Positions 37,974 to 52,800 of a stretch of 64,000 bases of DNA are shown here, piece by piece. The translations under genes and the position numbers were made by a program. A model generated the notes under the pieces. It did no database searches. It was not told where the DNA came from and worked only from the letters and a program-made list of their open reading frames with translations. The stretch lies in the NCBI GenBank assembly GCA_964247055.1, contig OZ176059.1, positions 744,001 through 808,000 of the forward strand, written 5' to 3'. Every line of letters begins with the position of its first letter. Positions within the stretch are counted from its first letter, which is position 1. The DNA is from Paragordius varius (lineage: Eukaryota > Animalia > Nematomorpha).

Positions 37974-38666
37974 ATGAAAAATAGATCAGTTGTAATAACA
38001 GTAGCTTTCATTTGTTCAGTTCTTGTATTGAACGGATGCCATGCAAATTTATTAGGTTTTACCGGACGTCCCGGAACACGTGCCGTTGTGCCTGTCTATG
38101 GCGGAGATGTTGGCTTCAGTAATGGGAATGATGGTGGCGGTGGCGGAAACAATGGCGGTGGAGATGATGGCGGTGCAGACCAGGGCGATAGCGATATTGG
38201 TGGAGATGGGGGCGGAGATGTTGTCATAACCCGCTCTGGTCCTATCGATAATGGTGGCGGTGATAACGGTAATGGAGGAGGCTCGTGTGACGTTAATATC
38301 ATTTCCTACCTTGATGTCCAGGTCGTGTCCAAATTGACGCGTTTAGTTAGTGTTTTACAACGCGTGTCCGTGGATGTTAGATCGCTCGTGCAAGTCATTG
38401 TCGTGGATGGCGGTGGAAATGGTGGTGATGACGACAACGATGATTGCGGCGGACCTCGAACCACTCGGCGGGTAACGGTCCGGCCCCCACGGACCACGAG
38501 GAGACCAACAGTGACACCTAGAACGAGAAGAACGACACGGCGCAGATATCCAACTCCCCCTATTTATGTGCGTACAACAAGGCGTCCTCCACCCATTACC
38601 ACTCGACGTACGCCAATTACTGAGCCAACTCCCCCATTGACGGATTCACCATACATACCGTATTAG
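37974..38666 (+). CDS. Single-exon orphan secreted protein: Gly/Asp-rich, central amphipathic Val-rich segment, Arg/Thr/Pro-rich tail (230 aa)
   Basis: Signal peptide MKNRSVVITVAFICSVLVLNGCHA. GC-rich coding island in AT-rich surroundings, with a TATA-like box upstream and AATAAA at about 38708. Confidence 0.8.
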   Translation: MKNRSVVITVAFICSVLVLNGCHANLLGFTGRPGTRAVVPVYGGDVGFSNGNDGGGGGNNGGGDDGGADQGDSDIGGDGGGDVVITRSGPIDNGGGDNGNGGGSCDVNIISYLDVQVVSKLTRLVSVLQRVSVDVRSLVQVIVVDGGGNGGDDDNDDCGGPRTTRRVTVRPPRTTRRPTVTPRTRRTTRRRYPTPPIYVRTTRRPPPITTRRTPITEPTPPLTDSPYIPY

Positions 38667-39424
38667 GGTATATATATGTAAAACATGCATACAAACACAT
38701 TTTGGCCAATAAATAATTTGTCATCAATGCATGATTCAACAAACATTAACTTTTTGTACATGCAATAAACAACTATTGGTAAAATATTTGTATCGTTTAC
38801 TTGTATTCCATATACATACTTTACAATGTAGTTTTAGCATGTGCAATTTAAATTTGTATCTTTATTTAACCATTATAGTTATATTATTATATTACATATT
38901 TTGCACTAGTAATTATATATTGGAAGTAATAGTTATATTATTATATTACATAATTTCCATTAGTAATATATATATATATATATATATAAATATAATATAT
39001 ATTAGTAACTAATAAATTCCGTTCTTTAGTTCCAGTTATGATTTGAAGTTATATACTTTTGCCTAAATGATAATTAACGCTAAACGATAAGTTGCCATTA
39101 GATCATCTCATGTTGCAATGAGCCCGTGTAAAGTACAGATATTACACATAAATGAGTCTCAATAAAAATGCTTATTTTTCTGGAAAAACACCTTTTAATT
39201 TGCTGTTATTAAGCTTGATTTTGTTTATTGATTATCCAATTAAATTGATTTTAGTTATAAAAAGTAAATCACAAGAGTGACGCTAACTTGCATCACAAAG
39301 TTTTCTTAACAACATAAATAAGTTAATAATTTTAGAGCTTAGGTAATTAAATTTCGATTTTTTAGATGCCTACAAACTTTACGAAACTCTAAAAAAGTTT
39401 TTGTATTATTCTTTATTTATGGAG

Positions 39425-39714
39425 TCTCTATAGACCGCGGGCAGCATGCGACCCTCCGATGTATGCGGCCCGCCAAAACATAAATCGCTAAAAAATTAGA
39501 TAATTTGCAAAAATATGCTCATAAAATCTTAGTAAAATTGATATTTTTTTAAAAAAATTAAATTGGCAACGCGCTAGCAAAAATTGATGAAATAAATACC
39601 AATTATATTGTTTTTCCATTTTTTACAGCCTTATGTCTGAAATCTAATAAATTATTTAATGCCCATATATATTCCAAATGCGGCCCGCGACCTATTTGCG
39701 TTGGACAACCCTGC
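39425..39714. mobile_element. hAT-type MITE (family H)
   Basis: Right arm aatgcccatatatattccaaatgcggcccgcgacctatttgcgttggacaaccctg; left arm degenerate. Confidence 0.55.
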
Positions 39715-40384
39715 TTTTTATAAATAACTCAGCACTAGCCAGCCATATTCTTTATATATGCATGATTTCATTTTATATTGATTTCAGTATATATCTATTT
39801 TAAAGCAAAACCTACATTTAAAATTCAATTTTTTATCTTAAAAACTTTGGATGAATGAACCATAACGTGGATTTCAAAAATAATTTAAAAATTTTCCACT
39901 AAAGGTGAACTAAGAATCTAATGTATTGTCATGTTTTTATCAGGACTTGGTGTACGACTTAATACCCTAATACGTTGCATTTGGAGGTAAGGTAAAAATG
40001 TTATTTAGAAAAAATTATGCCATATAAAAATAAAAGATTAAAAAAATTGATTGAAAAATAAACAAAATAAAAAATAGGCATTTTTCGCATACACATTCAG
40101 CTAACGCAAAACTATATAAAAATTTGAAATGTTGAAGCATAAAACAATCCCAAAAATCTTTTGCTAAACTTGTAACTACAGACTTTATATAAAGAGTTTC
40201 GTAATTTTACTTCCATGTTTTATGCAAATTCTTTAAACTATTACAATATTTTCCTCTGGGTAGTTTTTATAAAAGATAGAAAGATAGTATATGGATTTGG
40301 AGACGCAGTTCATATTAATCAACCTTAGTATGTTAATAAAATTTCAAATTCCAATAATGTTAGCGTTATTCATTTTATTGTATT

Positions 40385-41575
40385 GCACTGCGTCCAAAAT
40401 CAGGGGGTATAAAAAATATCCTGATGATACATATATGGGAAAATGTATCAGGGTTATCATGGTGCTTTTAATTATGGCCCTTACTAGTGAATTAAAAAAG
40501 CTATTTACACTTTTGTGGTGACTGGTCCATTCAAGAAAATGTCAAAACTCTCACATTTTATTAAATAAAATTTTTTTGGTTAAAAATGCGTCATTCCAAA
40601 AAATATCACTAAAATATATCATAAACTTATATAAAGGAAAACAAATATTTATAAAAAGTTTAATGTTTATAGTGGTCCAAAATTTTTTCGCTCTTCTAAA
40701 ATGGCAAACGTAAAGATGCCGAGATTGCGTAAAAAAATTTAAATATATACTAAATTTTGACATCAAAAAAGTATTTTCCAAATAATGGACATTTTGTTCA
40801 AAAAATTTAATTTTATGCAAGTTTTGTTAAAGCGTGCTTCATACTATTTTGAGGATGGATGGAAATGATATTTAAACTCTTTAAGGTATTGTAAAAACAC
40901 GTTTATTATATGACTCGATGATGCTGAACATTTCTATCACCTCAGAATTTTAAAATTTCGTTTACTTCTAGATCTTGGTGAATTTTTATGGATACAATTT
41001 CTAGTTTACATAATTTTGTAGAGGAATAATTATTTTAATCATAATTTTGAGGTGATAGTTCAGCACGAATGTCCTTTTATCATTATCTTAAAACGTTTTT
41101 TTACCGTTTCTGTCATGCCTTAATATATCCTGAAGTACGCTGCAGCATTTAGCTAAAAATTAAATTTTTAATTAAGGATGCTTTTTTAAAAAAAATATTT
41201 TTAGTTGATATCAGAATTTAGCACATATTTAAAATTTTTATTGAACAATGTGGACATTTTTAGCTTATTTTAGACTAGCCCATCGAGGTCAAAAATTTGG
41301 GACTTTCGGAGCGTACATCTAAAAATTAAAATTTATATAAATTTATTGGTTCCCATTTAAGTTAATGATATATTGTTATATTTTGAATGGAGCATAGTTT
41401 TTAACAAAAAAAATTATTAAAAAAGTGAACGATTTTCGCCATTTTTCATGGAGCCAAAAAAGTGTAAATAGCTCTCTAAAATCACCCTAGGGGCCAAAAT
41501 TAACATCATGATAATCCTGATACGTTTCTATCAGATTTATATTATATTTCATTATGGTATTATTTTGCGCACACT
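40385..41575. repeat. Dispersed inverted-repeat element, family D
   Basis: cactgcgtccaaaatcagggggtataaaaaatatcctgatg on the left; catgataatcctgatac...tatcaga on the right. Internal similarity to 35380-35620. Confidence 0.5.
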
Positions 41576-42466
41576 ACGTTATCGTTTAAATTATAAGTCA
41601 ATACACGAACTATTTTATTTATTTTTTAATTTTTTTTATAAAATATAAGGTATAAAAACAAAACAGAAGTCAAACGGTTCCGGTTCCCCCAATCATATTT
41701 TAAGAAAAATATTATTTTTAAATGAAATCACTTTAAATAACTGATTGTCGTTGAAATATTTCCTTAGTTACTAAAACGGATAAAACATAATAGTTTTTTG
41801 GAAATATTATATTATAAAATCTCTTTTTTGTTTGAGTTGACCGGTTTCGCACCATGTAAGTAAATTAAAAAAATATCAAGTCAATATCTTTCAAAAACAG
41901 GTGTGGCTGCTTTTTAAATGGGAAAGTTTGATTAACATGTTGAAAGAAACAAGCCTTTTTTATATTGCATTTTTTTATTAATAATCAATTATTAAGCAAA
42001 AAATTCAAATAATTATTATGGTTTGGAATTAGTGCCTGTGATTTACATAATATAAGAAAACAATACCAAAATAAATCTTTTTTTACAAAATGCGAATTCT
42101 TTTTGTTAACAACATCAGAATTTATAAATGCTTTTTATAAATTAGAGGATAAATAAAAGATCATATATGTTGTGGTTTTATTTTTAACGGCATACGCATA
42201 CACTTAATACGGTCATCATTTCAAACAGTCCTTTTTATTCTACAATAAGCCACGTTTAAAAATATTTTTGCTGCAAATTTATATTGTAAAATTAAAGTCT
42301 GATAATCGCAAAAGAAATCTATAATCAAAACGGACAAGTGCGAAATATTTTGCTAGTCATAAAATTGAAAAACTATGAGTTCGTCACCACATTTATATTT
42401 CCAACAGCTCTTAACTCTAATTTTAGATAAATTAAAATATTTCAGATTAGGGGGGTGTGGGTAAAA

Positions 42467-42722
42467 TAGGGTTGTCCAAATATTTTATGTGCGGCCCGCG
42501 AAAATTTGCTTATAAACTCTTACGAAAATTAATATTTTTTAAACATTTCCTAAATTAATCTATCCAATTGGCAGGAACTATAAAAAATTGCTTGTGTTTG
42601 TATTTACAATCTTATGTGTGAAATCTAATAAATTAATTAAAAATGCCCATATTTATTTCGAATGCGGCACTAGATATTTTGAGTCGAAATTGCAGCCAGC
42701 AAAGCCGTTTGGACATCCCTGG
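42467..42722. mobile_element. hAT-type MITE (family H)
   Basis: TAGGGTTGTCCAAA...TTTGGACATCCCTG. Confidence 0.6.
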
Positions 42723-43879
42723 TGTAAAGCATAAATCGTATTATTGTAAAAAAACAAATAAATGCCTAATAATGCCTGATTCCATATTACATTATGCAAT
42801 GTTAGAATAAACCACGCTTATGAATTTATTGGATACTGTTTATTATCCCAGTTAATCATAATTAAATTAACTCAGCTGTTCCAGAAGCATGCTTTATGGC
42901 CCAATTCATAATTTTGGTTAAATGATAATCAACTTTTGTAGTTTTGATTATTTTGGAAAAGTTTTCTTTTCTAATATTAGTGCAAATAATTATAAAAATT
43001 ATCTAAAAACGTTTTTGTAATATGGTTGAAAAATTTAAGCAAAATATATTTTCAGTGATTAATATAATTTTTATTTCGTTGCGGTTTTTCACAATTTTAG
43101 CCAGCTTTCATATATATTATTGTTAAAACAACAAAAGAAAGTTTTCCCTGTAGCTAATTTAATTAAATTAAAATATATTATCATTATGCAAAATGATAGG
43201 ACAACTATTGTGGTATTCCAATGCATTTGTATTATAAAGAATTGAAACGTTATTTTATCTATTTGAAAACTAATAGCATAGGGATGAATTTATCATATAT
43301 GGAAATGTAATTTATGCATATGCATATCTTAGCTATTAACACCTAATTTAAATAATCTAAAATCTATTTATATGTCAAAATTAAACTCATATTCTATTTA
43401 ATGAATTATATATTAGCAACAATATTGTAATATTATCAAATAAAAAATAATAGTATGATGTTAATTAATATAATTAATCTTTTGGACCTTATATATTTAA
43501 ATTATTTATTTAAATTTATAATAGGTTAAAATACAATCTATTACATAACATTAGTAATATAAATACCTAAGAAGCAAGCTTGTTATAAAAATCCAAGTAA
43601 CAATTTTGTCTACCTTAGCCCTGTCAATTATTGATTAATGTTTTCCAATCATTGTGGAATGAATGTGTTTGCCAAAATAGACATTATATTAACGGTGTCT
43701 GATATCTTCAAAATCTGGAATCCATTTCTATTCACATCCCCAAATAATTTTTTCTCTATTAAAATTTAATCTTATGTAATGGAATTGAATTTATTAAAAT
43801 AAAAAACTTAGGGAATTTTAAAATAATCTAAGTTGCAATATAATAATACTTGGCCGAAACCATATTATTCGATTGAAAT

Positions 43880-46800
43880 ATGAATTGCAAGGGTTGTCAT
43901 AATCCCATATTAGATAAATATTACTGTTCATTCCGAAAAAAGAAACTATTCAACAACTATATCGATTCCGATAAACATAAAATGATAAATATGGATCAAA
44001 TTGATTGTTTGAAAGATCAGACGATAATAAAATCAAGTGGTTCACGTGATCAAAATTATTATTCGGAAGCAGACGATCGATTGACCAATCAAACTTCCGT
44101 TTATCATGAAACATGTTTAATATGTATTGAATGTAAAACACTATTAACTGGAAAATGTTATATTCGAAATGAATCACTATTCTGTCGAAAAGATTATTAT
44201 AGGTATGAATCATATTTTTATAATTTATATTGAAATATTGATCCTAACCTTAATATAGTGTTATTATTGATTGTTAATTTAATTTTAACCACCTCAGGAT
44301 TTGGCTAAGATAATTTTAAAATTGAGCAGAACATTTATCGTGTCCCATCCCAATGCCTACTGTATCTTTCACTGTTTAACCAAATTAATATTTATTTAAG
44401 ATCGAATGAAAAGCCAAATATAATTTAAGCGAGAATATTATAAACTTTGAAGATATATGCCAATTGTCGCCCCTTCAACCCTCACATATATCTTATGTTT
44501 AGTAATATAGAGTTGTGATAAAGAATATTTTGTGATATTCCTCAAACAAACCTCAGAATAATCTAATGGATTAATCAGTTATTTAATCGAGAGTATAAAC
44601 TCATATTTTGTTTTAATATGATTATAATTATTTAAATACTCCAGCAGCCTTTATGTTATTGAGTTGAAAATAGACTTTTCGAGATTATAATATTGAACTG
44701 CTTAAATGCTAATTATATATGATAAAAGTTCCCTATTTTTCATTCATGTTTTTCTAAGTTTTGCCGGGATTTAATTTTAAGGCATTATGTTTAAATAGTA
44801 TTGGACCATTTTAGCTATTTTATAGATACCTTGTCCTTTAGAATTCAATTTTTGGGTTATAAATGAGTTTAGGTCATATTCGAGAAAATTTAATAGTTGG
44901 CAAAGATAATAATAGTGAATTTATTTTTTATAAATATATTAATTAAGTACATTCATTTTTATTAGTACTTAAATAATATTCATTCTTTTGGTAGAATTTG
45001 TGTGAAAAAAATCACTTTGGCGATTCCTTTTGTTTTAAATACTAATTTAAATTTAGGCTTAGGTAAATCATATTTTATTTAATATAAAAAAATTCAACAA
45101 TCTTTGCAAAAAATATACTTAAAACCATATTTATGTTTAGTCACGTTTATGAGGACTTCCATTCATTAATCGTTTTTCGTAATAAAGGCCATTTTATCAA
45201 AACATTATTAAAGCAAAGTTCCCGCCTAACTCCTTGTTTAAAGCTTCCTGTTTTTGAATCATTGAAATGTACACTATTAATGGTTAAAATATGTTAATTT
45301 ATACACAAATTCGAAAAAAATGGTTCTACCTAATTGAAAATTAATTGTCTTGTGGTTTATGCAGTTACTAACATACTCATCTTTATTATAAATCTCATTT
45401 TTATTATTTATTAATTAAATTTTTATTTATATATGAAAATTATATAACGGTTAATAATAACTGAATTGTGTATCTATCCATTTATCAATGTTATGTAGGA
45501 ACGCTTCATTTTTTAACATTTTTATCTTATCTACCACGATATAATTTTTTTACATTTTCTAAAATCCAATTTTAACTTATTAGTGGTTTTTATCAATTTT
45601 TTTATATTTATTAATAATTTGTAAGAGTCTAATATAAAATATGAATATTTTTATTGTAAGATATATATATCATGGCACTCTAGTAAAAAAGACGCTATTT
45701 TATTGCCATTTCATCTTTAGAGTTAAATCAAATTTTTTATCGCAATAATGCTAAATAAAAAATACATTAATATGGGAAAAATTTATATATTATTCTAAGA
45801 AAAATGAAAATTTAATAGCAAATAAATTTATTAACATTATAAAAATTATACAGATATGTTTTATACACATAACAAAAATTAATTATTGTAAAATGATAAA
45901 ATTAATATTGATTGACATATAGTCGTTGTAATTTGATTGATTGATTGTATGAACTTACTAATGACATATAAAAAGAAAACATGATTTTACTTAAGGAGCG
46001 TTGTTGTGCCTATTTTTAAATTTTTTTACTGATATATTTATTAGGTAGACCTGGTTAGTTATTTATCTTACATCGTTTTAAAACACTATATATCTTAATT
46101 TTAGCTTTTTAATTAATTTGATGCATAAATTGTTATATCAACAACTAAATCAGGATTATAGTTTTAAGAGGAGAAATATGGCTTTACATGTTAGGTAATT
46201 TGTGCTTTATAATTGATTAATCTTCATTTCAATATAACTTTTAAGACTTAAGTTAATGACCAAGGTTATTTATGTATAGGTGTTCACTTATGTTCTGGCT
46301 AAAACACACAAATGCTTTCTGATTATGATTTAATATATAAATGAACGCGCAACCTGTCTGGAATCGAAATATCCAAAACTAATTTAATTATAGGTGTAAA
46401 ATATGCTATGAAATTTTAAATAAAACAGATAATATGGTCATTTCTGTTATTTAACTTTTTTGATTTGAAGAAATCTGTATAGGACGGGACCAAAAAATCC
46501 GAAAATCTACACCCATTTAACTCCGAAAAATCGTTGTTTGAGACAACTTTTTCTGGACCCATCTAGCTTTAATAATTTATATTAATTATTTTTTAAAATT
46601 GCCCATGCACTCGGCCCATTTTTTTAAAATTAGCTCCTTTATAAACCAATTTCCCTAAAAAAAATCTAGTCCCCAAAATTTTTTTCATAGCTATAAGATT
46701 ATATAAAATATAACGGGTTCAGGTAATCCCCGTATCAATGCAAAAATTATTTAAAGCATTTTTATCAGACGGGTAGGGCACTACTCGCCTTGTAATGCGC

Positions 46801-49800
46801 CACTATAAAAATATGTGTTAAGGCTATTTTAAAAAAACTTATATACCATTTAAGCCTAAAATTCACCCTTGAACATTCAAATTCACCCTTGCACAATTCG
46901 CACTTGAACAATTCATATTATCCTTAAACAATCAATCGAATTCCCCCTAAAAATAAATTATGAGTTTTCGAGGTAATATATCTCACCAATAATATGAATT
47001 ATTACTTTATAGCATATCTTATTTATTTAGTATTGTGTAAATTAACAAAATTTACTTTTTAAAAATATATAATATGTAATTTTTAATATTCATTTACAGA
47101 TAATTTATTTTAGGGTGAATATTAATTGTTCAAATGTAAATTTGAATTGTTTGAGGTAAATGAATTGTTCAAGGGTAATATGGATTGTTCAATAGATTTC
47201 AAAGTGTAAATGGAACACCATATAAGGGCTTCACATAAATCCCATACAAAGGCAAAAATATTTATGTTAGCGGTTTTTTAAGACAGTGGCTGGAATTATA
47301 TAAAAATGCACCACCCTGTAAATATATTGGCTTAGAGTGCTTGAAAAACTCATGTCACCCCTGTGGAATCAATTAATGTTTGAGTTTCCTGCATGAAGGC
47401 AACATTTTTTAATTAACGCTTTTTTACGCGGCTGAGTAAAGCTAAATCCTGGAAATATACCCTATCTATTAGCAACACGTGACTTTGAGACAATTTTTTG
47501 CTTAGGTATAGATATTATGTAAAATCAGTAATAATTTCAGGTGTTCACTGTATAAAGGCGAAACTTTTTGCTAGTTTCTTCTTCTCAAATAGTTTTTGGT
47601 TAGGATCCCATATTCTGTAAAATGCGCCACCATGTTTAAATTACGTAATTTTGAGGTTTTTTGAAAAACATATGAGACTATATGAATCAAATCTTTGTTT
47701 TCATAATTTCAAATTTTCCAAACTGTTTAAAGCGAAAAATTTGGTCAAGCTCTCATTTTACTACCCCAAAGTGGTTTGACCTCTGTAAAATATGGACCAT
47801 ATAAAATAACGTGGCTTTGAAGCATTTTTACATTTCATGGTAGTTTTCTGCCCAGATAAAGTAAATTATAGCTGAGCGCTTTTATATTATGGCCAGTGGG
47901 CAGGATGCTAGCTTTACTTGTAAAATAATGTGACTTCGAAATAATTTTCGAAAGTGCCATGGGGGTCATTTGGGTAATGAGGGCTTGAGGTATATCCCTT
48001 ATAAAAGCAACCATTATAGCCCAAAGCTTTATGAATTGATGTCAGGTTAGAGCTATATTCCCTTTTAATGCCTCATCATATTAAAATTGTGTGGTTTTAA
48101 AGAACTGTTTCCAAGTTATGAAACCATATAGAAACAATTATGGTTTTAATCCTCTAAAAGCAAAAAATTTAGCCGAACACATCTCCTATAGAAACTTCTG
48201 ATAGGCCCCCTGTTGGATTCATTCCAGAGATGGTATAGGAAAATGATTATAAGTTTATTAAAATATAGAGCTATATATATTTATTTTGGGTATTTTGCAT
48301 TATATATAATAATCTAAGTATAAATTTATATATATCCTTGACAGATTTGCATCATTTTACTTGTTAACAAGGATGGGTTACAACTCCGAAATTTAAATAC
48401 ATTATAAGTTTTACTATTACACCTATCCTATGTAATATGTGCCATTATATAAAAAAATGTAGCTCGAGAATTGTCAGATAGCTTGAGTATATGGAATAAA
48501 TATATCCCCGTTAGAAGCAAAGATTGGGTCAGGAGCCTTTTTGAATTAACTTATTAGGGCGCGTCCTGTGTCAACACCTTTAAACATAAATTTCGTGTCT
48601 GTGAGTAATATATATTTTGTTAATTGCAGAAGAAATATATTTTCCTTGATTTACTAATGATATTGTCGATTAAGTCACAGACGCGTGACAGGATATAGCT
48701 AGTAACTTAAAATAATTTGCAAATTCATTTCTCTATAAATCAAGTCCAATATTATAATATATATGTCATATATTTTTAGATTGTTTGGAATTCAATGTTT
48801 AGGATGCGTTCAACCAATCCTCCCAACCCAATATGCCATCAGATTAAATTCGATGGTTAATCCGGATCAAACACCAAAGTTTGCCCAAACTTCATCAAAA
48901 TCTAATATGTTTCATGTAAATTGTTTAGTGTGCTATAATTGTAAATATGGTTTTACGGCTGGACAACAAATTTTGATTCAATTTTATAACGTTCATAAGG
49001 CAAATTTAACATACGTACCTGATGATTCCCTTCCTTTAAACTATCAACAAGATTGTGCAATAGTTTATCACATACCTGATGAATGCATAGGAAATGTGAT
49101 AAATAATGCTCCATATACATTTTCTAACAATTATTATGAAAGCGAACTTAATGAACCATTTTCAACTACTAGAGATAACCATGACAGTGCAACAACAATT
49201 AATAAAACATTTACCGCTATGAGCCCGCAATGTTATTACCATTATGATATGACTCCTATACCATATAATAACAATAATTATAATAATATAATATCAACAA
49301 AAGGTATATGAACAAATAATTGTTTAGGTTAAATTTGGTATTTTAATCAATAATATTGTGAAAATTTACTTTATATATATCTATATATGACCCCCGTTTT
49401 GAATTTTAAATGTGTCGCTATACCTGAAATCTTGCATAATTTAGGGTAATCGATCAAAATATTGTTTAGTACCAATTTTTAATGTCTGATTGTTTCATAA
49501 TCTAATTTACAGTTACAGTCATGTATCCTTTATTTTGTCAAATATATTTTTTTTTCCGTTAAATGGTTATAAATATTTGGTAAAGAATGGAAAAAACAAG
49601 AGCTCTATGGTATTAACAATATCATATTAAAACAATAAAAGCTCTTGTTTTTTCCATTCTTTACCAAATATTTATACCCATTTAAGGAAAAAAAATTTTT
49701 TTTATAAAATAAAGGATAATGTAATGGCTTATTCAGAACCCTTAACTTTCCCTTATTCTTTGATTCATCTATCCGCCGTATTTTTTTATCAAACGAGCCC

Positions 49801-52800
49801 TTTCTTTAAATTACCAAATTTTCTTTCCTTGAGCCATCCATTGCATTACCATACTTTATGAAAAATTTATTTTAGACATATTCATTTCGACATTCCCTGA
49901 TATCAACCAATAGTCAGAAACCTTTTTGGAGGGGCTTATTTTCAAAATAATATTTGCAGGCAGCACATTTAAATAACTTTTATAATATTATATTCTATAC
50001 AAACCATTCTGTGTTAAAATATTAATATTTCCAAATTTTTCTCTAAATCTCATAACACAGTTTTAATAACGTATCCATCGGTAAATTGTTTATATTCAGA
50101 TATCAATATTAAATATGATGATGATGATGATGATTTGACAAAAGCTAAACTTTGTCCTTATATTAATTAACAGCGTTTGTTGTAATGCCTATATTGATTT
50201 CTGTTAAAATTGGGTTGATATTGCCTGAATCAATAATTTAGAATGAATATTTGTGTTTGGCATCATAATATTGAAACAAATTGAATTCTTTAACCACAAT
50301 TAAATGAATAGTTATATTTTATCTAATAACTGGTCAATTTATCGGGATTTCCATTTCATTTGTTTTTAGGAGAGCTTCTATAAGCGTGACTTTTTTATAA
50401 TAGCACATTTTGGTACTACACTTATGCTGCCAGTTGTTTAATCATTTCTAAAATTTTCTTTCTTTGGTAAGCTATGCAAAAAAATTAAGATTGCCGATCT
50501 TGCGCATGTCGACCTATCAGAATTTTAATGTTCTTATGCTGGAGATGACAGTTAAACAGAACAGCAATCATCAAAATAATTTAATACGCAATTCCTTGCA
50601 AACTATCGCAACGGTCATAATAGAGTCCATTTATAATATATTTTCATGCTTATGTTGCCTAAAAATATTTAGTGGTAGGTATGTAATTATATCTAGGATA
50701 TACGATTAATATATAAGGACTGGCATTTATATAATATATTTTAGTATTTATCCCAGTAATTGTCAATTTAAATAAAAAAATGATGTTAAACTTTTTCATC
50801 TTCAGGGTGTATTGTGATAAAAGCGTTAAAGGCATTTGCATAGCATTTATGTTATATGATGCATGAATCCATGTTGGCATTTGTTGCTGATGTAAAAATT
50901 TTAAGCCTGATTTTCAAAAAATTAAAACTTAATTTGGCCCCTATTCAATTTATGACGCCGTATAATATATACACTTTGCCCCCGTTACTCCTCCACTGGC
51001 TACTTTAACTCTCGGTTCCAATATAATGGCGATATACATCATTAATTATAGTTTTTAATTTTCTCTTAAATAATTTTTCAAAGTATAGTGCAAAGATCGT
51101 TTTTCCTTTGTATATATATTCAAATAGAGACTATTACACGGTTTAGAACCAAATAAATATGTCCGTTATTTTATGAGTTTTAATTTCATGGATAAATAAT
51201 ATAAATATGGCAATTTAAAAGTAAACCATTGAAATAGGTGTCGCGACATTTATAAAGTTTTGTCAGACCGTTGCTACAAGACACCTTTTTCTTTTACGTT
51301 TTTAATAAGATGTTTTGCGCGAATTCTTTACCAGTTCATTTAAAGTGGCCTAAAAGAAATGGAATAAGCCTAAATTATTGTATATGCGCACAATACTATT
51401 TTTAATGGATGGATTCGTATCATATGACATATAATTTAAATAATTTAGGTCTAATTACCATAATATCCGAACATGATGTATGCAATCAAACTCATTACTA
51501 TAATCAATCAGCTCCTGAACATGACCAATGCACATATTTCGAAGAAAACTTATACAAACCATCATATTCATCTCCGAAACAAGGGACTAGTCAATCACCT
51601 AACACGATCTCAAAAATAGCAATGGGTAAAATCAGTAATGAAACTTCCTTTTTAGACGTGAGGAATAATGGAGGAATCGAAGCACAGCTGAGTAATGTCA
51701 CCAATACATTGAACAGAAATACGGATTGTAATATAAAAGATAATGGCATTAATAATAATGATAATCTTTACCATTCATTTAATCGTTTTTCCATTAGCAA
51801 TAAAAATGTATGTAGTAATTTAAGTACAAACAACGATAATGAGACCAATTCTGACTCCTGTAATGATGATATTAATGAGAGGAGCTTAGACGACGACGAA
51901 GATGATAGCGAAAATGAGATTGGTGAAGATTCTTTGAGGTTTGTTGGCGGAGAAAATAGAAGATTTTGTGGTGTTATTCCCCCTAACGATATGCATAAAC
52001 GTCCCAGGACTATCTTAACAACTACGCAAAGACGAGCCCTAAAACATAGCTTTGAACGTAGTTCAAAACCCTGTAGAAAGGTAAATATATCGTTAATATT
52101 TTGAATACCTTTGATAAAAATAAAATTTAACTCCTAATTAATTATAGGTGAGAGAAGTGTTGGCCCAAGAAACGGGGTTAAATGTTCGCGTCGTACAAGT
52201 ATGGTTTCAAAATCAAAGGGCAAAAGTAATTTTTTCACATTATCTCAATGGTTAGTTAAATTAATTATTTTTAATAAATCATGTAACGTATCTTATATAT
52301 ATATATATATATAATACTTAATTTTTTTGAATGGTGTGTGAAATTAAATATATATATTATTGCATTAAAATTTATTTTAAGTGGCTAAATGTTTAAAGAT
52401 TACTCTTGTCGTTTTAAGTATGTAGTTAAAATTAAAACCATACCCTCTGCTATAAAATTATACTAACTATATGCACAGTAAAAATTGAAATTATACGGAC
52501 ACAACTAATTTTTCAAAAGATAAACATACTTTTTACAACCTTAATTTATCCAATAATCATTTAATTACTACTATTATAATATACATAATTAATTGTGTTA
52601 CCACCAATTCACATTTCTATTTTATACTTTGCAATGTCAAACAAAGAGTTTGTTATCTTTAAAAAAAGAAACATTTAAAATGTATGGGGGGGGGGGGTTG
52701 TCTTTTAGAAAAAAATATTTGTCTTTATTTATACCATTTACAATTCAATTTCCCCCTTAAACAATTCAAATTCACCCTCAAATAAAATATATGTTTTTTA

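Noticed and set aside
43100-43560. Clusters of TAATTA/ATTA upstream of Lmx as autoregulatory homeodomain sites
   Set aside because: Such motifs are expected by chance in roughly 80% AT sequence and cannot be supported without conservation data.
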